Shown one piece after another: positions 8,073 to 14,854 of a stretch of 17,983 nucleotides of DNA. A model generated the notes under the pieces. That model did not search any database and was not told the origin of the DNA. It saw only the letters and a list, made by a program, of their open reading frames with translations. How positions within the stretch are numbered: the first letter of the stretch is position 1; the number at the start of each line of letters is the position of its first letter. Origin of the DNA: Myxococcota bacterium (lineage in GTDB: Bacteria; Myxococcota_A; UBA9160; UBA4427); assembly GCA_036336835.1 (NCBI GenBank), contig JAYZFK010000060.1, forward strand, positions 1 through 17,983, given 5' to 3'. The position numbers and the translations under genes are program-made.

Positions 8073-9638
8073 ATGGCCCTGATGCTACAACGCCTGCCGG
8101 GAATCCGTCGGAACAGCCGCGTTGCCATCGGCTGGTCCTTGCTGTCGGGTGTCTTGTATGCCCTTGCCCAGCCCGGCTGGGACCTGTGGCCCCTCGCGTT
8201 CGTCTGCGGTGTCCCCCTCCTGCTCGCGCTCGAAGGGGTTTCTCTCGGCCGGCGGATCGGGCTCGGATGGCTCGCCGGCACCGCCGCGACCTGCTGTTCG
8301 ACCGTCATCCCCGCAGCCGTGAGCTCGTCGAGCTACTTCGGCGTCCCGATGTGGCAGGCGTTGGTGATCGCCTTCAGCGTCGGACAGCTGTTCGGCGCCG
8401 GAAGCTTCGCTGCACTGGCGGCGCTTGCGGGACCGCTCTCCTCGCCGCGTCCTGCCGCCGTCGCGCTGCGCGTCGCTGTCGCCTGGGCGGCCGCCGAGTT
8501 CCTTCGTTCCACGCTCTGGACCGGGCTTCCCTGGATCCTGCTAGGACAGGCACTGACCCCCGTTCCGGCGCTCGCGCAGGCCGCCGCCTACACCGGCGTG
8601 CCGGGGGTCACGTTTCTGGTCGCAGCGGCCAATGCGGGCCTCTGGGCGCTCCTGCGACCGGGTGCGCGAGCGCAGGCAGTGGGCACACTGGCAGCCGTGG
8701 GGTCGCTGTTCCTGGCGGCCTGGTTCGCCAGCCCGCTCCGGCTCGACGTGCCTCAGCCGGGTGCGGTCCTGGCAGCGGGCACGGCCGGCGAGGGAGCTCT
8801 CCGCGTCCTGTTGGTTCAGGGGAACCTGCCCAACCAGCGGCGCAGCGGAACCGGCAGCGTCTCGAGCGAACTCGAGCGCCTGCTGAGGCTGACCGATCGG
8901 CCGGACGTCGACCTCGCCATCTGGCCCGAGAACGCCGTTCGGGCCCTGCTACCCATCAACACAGAGCTGCTCGCTAGTGGTTGGCGCCAGCTGGAGCACC
9001 CGCCCGCGCGTCTGCTGCTCGGTGCCCCCCGTCACGACCCCGAGGAGCCCGGCGTGCTGTACAACTCAGCGCTGCTCTACGACGCCGACCTCCGCCTCCT
9101 CGGGCATCACGACAAGATCCATCTACTGCCCTTCGGTGAGTACACACCCGAGTTGTTTCGCGCTCTCGGCTTTGGCGGTCACGACACCGCACCTGGCGAA
9201 CAGGCGCGCGTCCTCGCTCCACAGAGTCTGCGAATCGGCTCCCTGGTCTGCTACGAGATCGCCTTCGAGGCCCTGCCGGTTGCTCTCGTACGCGATGGTG
9301 CGGATCTGCTCGTCAACCTCTCGAACGACGGCTGGTTCGGGCGCACCGGCGCAATCGAGCAGCACTTCTCTGCCGCGGTCTTCCGCGCCATCGAGACCGG
9401 ACGCCCCGTGCTACGCGCGACCAACACCGGCGTCACGGCAGCCGTCGACGCCTTCGGACGCGTCGTGGCGCGGGCTCCGCTGCAGGAGCCGACGGTACTC
9501 GAGATCGACGTCGTCCCCGGCGGTCCATCGACGCTCTACGCCGCGACGGGCAATCTCCTTGGGCCGATGTGCCTCTTCACGGCACTCCTGCTATCTGCTC
9601 TCCCGATACTCGAGAGACAGAGGAAGCGAACGGCATGA
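8073..9638 (+). CDS. lnt: Apolipoprotein N-acyltransferase (possibly a non-housekeeping paralog)
   Basis: N-terminal TM region with AAEFLRS..GLPW..LG and a nitrilase-fold domain with an intact E-K-C triad: IWPEN, HDKIHLLPFGEY, LVCYE. Also VQGN, LVNLSNDGWFG, RAIETGRPVLRATNTG. Start is 8073 or 8082. Confidence 0.93.
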   Translation: MALMLQRLPGIRRNSRVAIGWSLLSGVLYALAQPGWDLWPLAFVCGVPLLLALEGVSLGRRIGLGWLAGTAATCCSTVIPAAVSSSSYFGVPMWQALVIAFSVGQLFGAGSFAALAALAGPLSSPRPAAVALRVAVAWAAAEFLRSTLWTGLPWILLGQALTPVPALAQAAAYTGVPGVTFLVAAANAGLWALLRPGARAQAVGTLAAVGSLFLAAWFASPLRLDVPQPGAVLAAGTAGEGALRVLLVQGNLPNQRRSGTGSVSSELERLLRLTDRPDVDLAIWPENAVRALLPINTELLASGWRQLEHPPARLLLGAPRHDPEEPGVLYNSALLYDADLRLLGHHDKIHLLPFGEYTPELFRALGFGGHDTAPGEQARVLAPQSLRIGSLVCYEIAFEALPVALVRDGADLLVNLSNDGWFGRTGAIEQHFSAAVFRAIETGRPVLRATNTGVTAAVDAFGRVVARAPLQEPTVLEIDVVPGGPSTLYAATGNLLGPMCLFTALLLSALPILERQRKRTA

Positions 9639-10288
9639 ACTCCAGACTCCCGATCGTCCTATGCGGCGCCCTCACACTGATCCTGGCTTGCACAACTCCG
9701 ACAGCTCCCGCCCCGACACCCGAAGTGCGCGGGCCGCGACCGCCGGGAAGCGGTCTCCTGTTCGACGAGGCCAAGCTCACCGCTCCCTCGGGCGAAACCG
9801 CGATGGAGTTCGTCGTCAAGGAGGACGACATCGTCACGCTCTACCGCGACGGAGGGGAGAGGATCGCGAGCTACACGGTCGCAAAGGACCGTATCGTGAT
9901 CAGCACAGTGCGCGGCGTTACGAACGGCGCAATCGTCCGGGGCCCGGATGCCTTCACACTCACGACGTCGAACCCACAGACGACCACGATCGAACTCTCA
10001 CGCGAGCCGGACGGCGACCTGCGCATCGATCGTGCGGGTGAGAGACTCTTCGACCTCAAGCACCGCGACTACGGCTACAAGGTTGTGGATGCGCGCGGCG
10101 TCGACCTCGGCCGCGTGCGCACGGGCTCCACCAGCATAAAGATCCGCGACCAGAATCGCGTGATCGTGCGCGAAACCAAGGCGCCGATATCGACCGCAGC
10201 CGTCGCCTGCTGGGTCCTTCCGCACCTCGAGCTCTACGAAGCCGGAGCGCTGACCCTCGCAGTCACCGTATGGGGCCTCCCCGACTAA
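9635..10288 (+). CDS. Uncharacterised lipoprotein (217 aa, beta-rich with hydrophobic C-terminal helix)
   Basis: ATG 9635 overlaps the lnt stop (ATGA), with GAGG upstream. Signal peptide MNSRLPIVLCGALTLILA-C19 (lipobox ILAC) is followed by a Pro/Thr tether TTPTAPAPTP. Confidence 0.8.
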   Translation: MNSRLPIVLCGALTLILACTTPTAPAPTPEVRGPRPPGSGLLFDEAKLTAPSGETAMEFVVKEDDIVTLYRDGGERIASYTVAKDRIVISTVRGVTNGAIVRGPDAFTLTTSNPQTTTIELSREPDGDLRIDRAGERLFDLKHRDYGYKVVDARGVDLGRVRTGSTSIKIRDQNRVIVRETKAPISTAAVACWVLPHLELYEAGALTLAVTVWGLPD

Positions 10289-10410
10289 CGACTTCGGCGC
10301 AGGCCGAGAAAATCAGGAATCAATCGCTCGACTCAGGCCTCTCGCAGCCGGCGAGCACGCCGGAGGGCGACGAAGCCGGACAGCTACGCAATACTCGGGC
10401 AGTTTGCAGC

Positions 10411-10485
10411 GTCCCCATCGTCTATCGGTCAGGACACAGGCCTTTCAAGCCTGGAAGGCGGGTTCGATTCCCGCTGGGGACGCCA
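10411..10485 (+). tRNA. tRNA-Glu (anticodon TTC)
   Basis: Acceptor stem GTCCCCA/TGGGGAC plus G-CCA encoded. Anticodon stem CAGGC/GCCTG with loop CT-TTC-AA (10444-10446). T-arm GCGGG-TTCGATT-CCCGC. Confidence 0.97.
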
Positions 10486-10646
10486 CGACACCACCGGAAG
10501 CAAGGCGCCGTCGCGCGCCTCTCCCTCCCGCATCACCGAGTCCACGGCTCACGAATTCAGCGCGGTTCCGGCCGTCTGGCCGAGAACGTTCGAACGCCGA
10601 GGCCCAAGGGCCCCAACTCAGCGCTCCCAGCGAGACCGGAGCGGGC

Positions 10647-10663
10647 GTCGGGCCACGCCCGAC
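10647..10663. terminator. GC-rich hairpin between convergent tRNA and alkA-family gene (possible terminator)
   Basis: GTCGGGC-CAC-GCCCGAC, a 7-bp stem with no strong U-tract. Confidence 0.25.
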
Positions 10664-10697
10664 CGCGCAATTTCTGGCCTGCGTCACAGGATCGTGC

Positions 10698-11357
10698 TTA
10701 GCCGCCGCGACGGCCATCGCGCGCCAGGCAGACCTCCTCGATCGCCTCGTGCCGCCACAGGTACCAGGAGGCGATGCTTCGCCAGGGACGCCAGGCCTCG
10801 GCGAGCATCACCAGCTGCTTCGGGCGGGGCAGCTCGCCGAGGCCATAGAGCCGCTGCGCTCCCTTGCGCACGCCGTAGTCTCCGACTGGCAGGACGTCGG
10901 GCCGCCCCAGCGCCGTCATCAGCAACATATGGACTGTCCATTCGCCGACTCCTCTAATGGTCACGAGCTGGTCGACGACCTCCTGGTCATCGAGATGCCA
11001 CAGCCGGCGTTCGCGCACCTCGCCGGAGCCGAAGGCCTCCGCTACGGCGCGAACCGCTACGGCCTTGTTTCGCGACAGCCCGGCGCGGCGCAGGCGATCG
11101 ATGCGCGTAGCCCGCAGTACGGTCGGGGTTGGGTATCTGCCATCGAAAAGCGCCAGGAATCGGCGTTCGATCGCTCGGGCCGCAGCCCCGGCGAGTTGCT
11201 GGTACAGGATCGAGCGCAGCAGGGAGGCGTAGGGCCGGCCGGCCGGGCGCAGTGGACACGGCCCGACCCGGCGGATCACGGCCCCGAGCACAGGATCGGC
11301 GCGGCAGATCATGCGCCGCGCTCGGACCTCCGAGGCGTCGTCGAGCTTCTCGGGCAC
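10698..11357 (-). CDS. DNA-3-methyladenine glycosylase II (AlkA / HhH-GPD family)
   Basis: ADPVLG, SILYQQL, GLSRNK, HhH LVTIRGVGEWT, GRPDVLPVGDYGVR (catalytic Asp), WRPWRSIASWYLW. Start reassigned to GTG 11357 to avoid overlap with the divergent AAA gene. Confidence 0.92.
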   Translation of the reverse strand: MPEKLDDASEVRARRMICRADPVLGAVIRRVGPCPLRPAGRPYASLLRSILYQQLAGAAARAIERRFLALFDGRYPTPTVLRATRIDRLRRAGLSRNKAVAVRAVAEAFGSGEVRERRLWHLDDQEVVDQLVTIRGVGEWTVHMLLMTALGRPDVLPVGDYGVRKGAQRLYGLGELPRPKQLVMLAEAWRPWRSIASWYLWRHEAIEEVCLARDGRRGG

Positions 11358-11397
11358 GCGGCGAGAGTAGCCGCGCGGGCGCGGTAGACTCCCAGCC
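11358..11397. promoter_or_regulatory. 40-bp bidirectional promoter with back-to-back -10 hexamers
   Basis: Minus-strand TACTCT (11364-11369) lies 6 nt before GTG 11357, and plus-strand TAGACT (11385-11390) lies 7 nt before ATG 11398. Neither side has an SD. Confidence 0.6.
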
Positions 11398-12324
11398 ATG
11401 GAAGATCGAGCCATCCGCGCCGAACGCGCCAACAACCTGTGGTCGAGCTTCGCACGCAAGATCGAGCCGCTCGGCCGCGGCATGGCGCTCGAGGCGGTCC
11501 CCGATCAGGCCATGGCCGACATCGGCGGTCTCGAGGGACCGAAGGAGGAGGTCGCGACCTACGCGGCCGCGACGACGAGCCCGCAGATCTACGCGAACTG
11601 GGGGACTGCGCCGCCATCGGCCTTGCTGTTCATTGGACAGCGCGGCTCCGGCAAGAGCCTGCTCGCGCGCGCGGTCGCCACCCAGACGGATACGTCCTTT
11701 CTGGAAATCGACGTTCCGCGGCTGGTTCTCGACGTCGTCCACGCGGGGAAGAAGGCGGCCGAGATGGTCGGCGGCTGGTCGCAGATCCTCGAGGAGATGC
11801 CACCGCTCACCGTGCTCTTCGACGAGCTCGAGTTCTCGCAGGCCCAGGAGCTCGGCGTCCGGCGACCCGATCTTCCGGTCGGGCCAATCATGGACTTCCT
11901 GCTCGAGGTACTCGACCGCACGATGGAGCACAGTCACCTGATCGTAGGCACCACGTCACATCCCGATTCGCTGCGCCAGGCGTTCGTGGTACCCGGCCGC
12001 TTCGAACGCGTGGTCGAGGTCACGCCGCGGCTACCCGACGATATCGTCGCCGCGCTCCAGATCCATGCGCGCAGTGCCGAGAAACGTGCTGGACGCAGCT
12101 TGTTCGATCCGATCGAATGGGAACGGGTAGTGAGCCCCGCCCGCGATCCGTCGATCGGCGACTGGGTGCGGATCCTTCACGCCGTGCTGCGTCGGAAGGC
12201 GCGACTCGATGCGGCGGGTGAGGACCCCGGTCCGGCATCTGCACCCGACTTCGTCCGAGAGCTGGAGCGCTTCACCCAGGCCCAGCGACGCATTCGCAAT
12301 CCCGAAGGCGGCAACTACGTGTGA
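11398..12324 (+). CDS. Stand-alone AAA+ ATPase (classical AAA clade, CDC48/FtsH/ARC-like module, divergent)
   Basis: DIGGLEGPKEEV, LLFIGQRGSGKSLLARAVA (Walker A), TVLFDELE (Walker B), GTTSHPDSLRQAFVVPGRFE (second region of homology). Confidence 0.85.
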   Translation: MEDRAIRAERANNLWSSFARKIEPLGRGMALEAVPDQAMADIGGLEGPKEEVATYAAATTSPQIYANWGTAPPSALLFIGQRGSGKSLLARAVATQTDTSFLEIDVPRLVLDVVHAGKKAAEMVGGWSQILEEMPPLTVLFDELEFSQAQELGVRRPDLPVGPIMDFLLEVLDRTMEHSHLIVGTTSHPDSLRQAFVVPGRFERVVEVTPRLPDDIVAALQIHARSAEKRAGRSLFDPIEWERVVSPARDPSIGDWVRILHAVLRRKARLDAAGEDPGPASAPDFVRELERFTQAQRRIRNPEGGNYV

Positions 12325-12352
12325 TCGGAACCGGGCGAGAATGCTTCCCTCC

Positions 12353-13441
12353 ATGAGCACACTCCTGGTCACCGGCGGAGCCGGCTTCATCGGTTGCAAC
12401 TTCGTCCGCACCGCTCTCTCACAGACGCAGGCCAAGGTGGTCGTCCTCGACAAGCTCACCTACGCCGGTAGCCTTGAAAACCTGCGTGAAGTCTCAGACG
12501 ATCCGCGCTTCCACTTCGTACGCGCCGATATCGCCGACCGAAGCGCCGTCGAACAGGTCTTTCGCGAGCATTCGCCGTCCGCGGTGTTGAACTTTGCCGC
12601 AGAGAGCCACGTCGACCGCTCGATCGACGGCCCGGCGGAGTTCATCCAGACCAATGTCGTGGGAGCCTTCACGCTGCTCGAGGTGTCGCGCCACCACCTC
12701 GCCAGGCTCGGCGCGAGCGAGCGCGAGCGGTTCCGGTTCCTGCACGTGTCGACAGACGAGGTCTACGGCTCGCTCGGCGCGACGGGCGCGTTCTCGGAGA
12801 ACACGCCGTATGCACCGAACTCACCCTACTCCGCCTCCAAGGCGGGCGCTGACCATCTGGTGCGTGCCTACCACCACACATTCGACCTTCCGGCTCTTGC
12901 CACGAACTGCAGCAACAACTACGGGCCCTACCACTTCCCGGAGAAGATGATTCCGCTGATGATCCTGAACGCACTCGAGGGCAAGCCGCTGCCGATCTAC
13001 GGCGACGGACTCAACGTTCGCGACTGGCTCTACGTCGAGGATCACTGCGAAGGCATCCTCGCGGTGCTGCAGCGCGGTCATCCCGGCGAGCGGTACAACC
13101 TCGGCGGCAACAACGAGCGCACCAATCTCGAGATCGTCGACGGTCTGTGCCGAGAGCTCGAGAAGCTCGTGCCCGCAGCCGGCAACCCCAACCTGGCGGG
13201 GCGGGGAATCGACAGCTACGCCGAGCTCAAGAGCTTCGTGGCAGATCGCCCCGGGCACGATCGCCGCTACGCCATCGACGCGAGCAAGGCCCGCGACGAG
13301 CTCGGCTGGGTGCCGCGCTTCGACCTCGAGCAGGGGCTCGCGACCACCGTCCAGTGGTTCGTCGAGAACCGCGAGTGGTGCGAGACCGTTCAGGCGGACA
13401 ACTACCGCCGAGCGCGTCTGGGCCTGGCGAACGACGGCTAG
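12353..13441 (+). CDS. rfbB: dTDP-glucose 4,6-dehydratase
   Basis: LLVTGGAGFIG, LDKLTYAG, NFAAESHVDRSI, HVSTDEVYG, PNSPYSASKA (YxxxK), TNCSNNYGP..FPEK, RDWLYVEDH, DRPGHDRRYAID. Alternative start ATG 12341. Confidence 0.97.
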   Translation: MSTLLVTGGAGFIGCNFVRTALSQTQAKVVVLDKLTYAGSLENLREVSDDPRFHFVRADIADRSAVEQVFREHSPSAVLNFAAESHVDRSIDGPAEFIQTNVVGAFTLLEVSRHHLARLGASERERFRFLHVSTDEVYGSLGATGAFSENTPYAPNSPYSASKAGADHLVRAYHHTFDLPALATNCSNNYGPYHFPEKMIPLMILNALEGKPLPIYGDGLNVRDWLYVEDHCEGILAVLQRGHPGERYNLGGNNERTNLEIVDGLCRELEKLVPAAGNPNLAGRGIDSYAELKSFVADRPGHDRRYAIDASKARDELGWVPRFDLEQGLATTVQWFVENREWCETVQADNYRRARLGLANDG

Positions 13442-13593
13442 CAGCCCGGGGCATCGGTCGGAGCGCGTAGTCCGCCGGACTCCCGCTGCGTGTTTCCGCC
13501 CGGCAAGTCTCGGTGCCGGCACGCTGTCTCGGCCCCGGATCGCCAACTAGTTGAATCTACAGTAGAAAAAGAAACGCGGGGAGGCCGCTGCGG

Positions 13594-13620
13594 TCAAGTT
13601 CCGCGCTGGGACGCCGATGA
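13594..13620 (+). promoter_or_regulatory. Sigma-28 (FliA/WhiG-type) promoter candidate
   Basis: TCAAGTTC-N11-GCCGATGA compared with the consensus TAAAGTTT-N11-GCCGATAA. It ends 24 nt before the TTG start of the HD-GYP gene. Confidence 0.6.
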
Positions 13621-13644
13621 GAGCCGGGACACGGGAGTCCCCTC

Positions 13645-14772
13645 TTGCACGACCACACCGTCCTGTTCGTCGATGACGAAGTGAACATCCTCAAGGCGCT
13701 GCAACGGCTGTTGCGCAACGAGCCGATGAACGTGCTGACCGCCTCGCGCCCCGAGCAGGCCATCGAGTTGCTGGAGCGCGAAGAGGCCCAGGTCGTCGTC
13801 ACGGACCAGCGCATGCCAGAGATGAGCGGCGTCGACATGCTTTCGATGATCCGCGAACGGAATCCCAACATCGTCCGGATGATGCTCACGGGCTACACCG
13901 AGATGAAAATCGCAGTCGAGGCGATCAATCGGGGCGAGATCTTCCGCTTGATCACCAAGCCCTGGAACGACGACGAACTCAAGGCCACCCTGCGCCAGGC
14001 ATTCGACCACCACGACCTCAAGCGCGAGATCAAGCGACTCAATCAAGTCACGCGCGAACAGAATTTCAAGCTCCAGGACATGAACAAGAACCTGGAAGCC
14101 AACGTTCGCGAACGAACGCGGCAGCTCGCCGAGAAGAACGACGAGCTGCGAACGGGCTACGTCCAGACAGTCCGCGCGCTCGCGGAGGCGATCGACGCCA
14201 AGGATGCCTATACCCGTGGCCATTCCGAGCGGGTGGGTGTCTACGCATCGCGCATCGCTCGCCAGGCCGGCCTGCACAAGGAGATGATCGAGCGCGTCTA
14301 CATCTCGGGGATCCTCCACGACGTCGGCAAGATCGGGATCCCGGACGCGATCATCACCAAGCCAGCGCGCCTGACCAAGGACGAGTACGACGAGATCAAG
14401 AAGCACCCCGAAATCGGGGCGCGCATCCTGGAGCCCGTCGAATTCCTGTCGGATGTGGTGCCGTGTGTCCGCCACCACCACGAGTGGTTCGACGGCTCAG
14501 ACAGCGGCTACCCCTATCGGCTGAGCGGCGACCAGATCCCGCTGCCGTCGCGCATCATCCTGGTGGCCGACACGCTCGAAGCAATGACGAGCAACCGCCC
14601 CTATCGAAATGCTCTGCCGCTCGACGTCGTCGTGCGCGAGTTGCACAAGTACTCCGGCAGCCAGTTCGACCCGCAGGTGGTCGAGGCCCTGATGAAGCTG
14701 CTCGACGATGAAGGCGAAGCCTTCATCCAGACTCACCAGAAGTTCGACATCTACGCATTCCTGGAAGGTTGA
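13645..14772 (+). CDS. Response regulator with HD-GYP cyclic-dinucleotide phosphodiesterase domain (RpfG-like)
   Basis: TTG start with GGAG RBS. REC (VLFVDDE, VTDQRMP, MLTG, KPW), coiled-coil linker, AIDAKDAYTRGHSERV, LHDVGKIG, HHHEWFDGSDSGYP, VADTLEAMTSNRPYR, GSQFDP. Confidence 0.95.
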   Translation: MHDHTVLFVDDEVNILKALQRLLRNEPMNVLTASRPEQAIELLEREEAQVVVTDQRMPEMSGVDMLSMIRERNPNIVRMMLTGYTEMKIAVEAINRGEIFRLITKPWNDDELKATLRQAFDHHDLKREIKRLNQVTREQNFKLQDMNKNLEANVRERTRQLAEKNDELRTGYVQTVRALAEAIDAKDAYTRGHSERVGVYASRIARQAGLHKEMIERVYISGILHDVGKIGIPDAIITKPARLTKDEYDEIKKHPEIGARILEPVEFLSDVVPCVRHHHEWFDGSDSGYPYRLSGDQIPLPSRIILVADTLEAMTSNRPYRNALPLDVVVRELHKYSGSQFDPQVVEALMKLLDDEGEAFIQTHQKFDIYAFLEG

Positions 14773-14854
14773 CTCCCACGTGACACCCCCCCGCAACGAG
14801 CCGTCCGACGTGACGACGCTGGCCTCTCTGGGCTTCGGCCCGGAGGCAAGCCTG

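Noticed and set aside
10293..10363. Small hairpins after the lipoprotein gene (TCGGC-GCAG-GCCGA; CCGGCG-AGCA-CGCCGG)
   Set aside because: Short GC stems without a downstream U-tract; cannot be distinguished from chance.
10411..10697. tRNA-Glu as an integration site or island boundary
   Set aside because: No integrase and no convincing duplicate of the tRNA 3' end. Partial GCTGGGACGCC matches near 4401 and 13605 are short and imperfect.
13503..13517. Minus-strand GGCAC-CGAGAC-TTGC resembling a sigma-54 promoter
   Set aside because: GG-to-GC spacing is 11 rather than the strict 10, and it would point antisense into rfbB.
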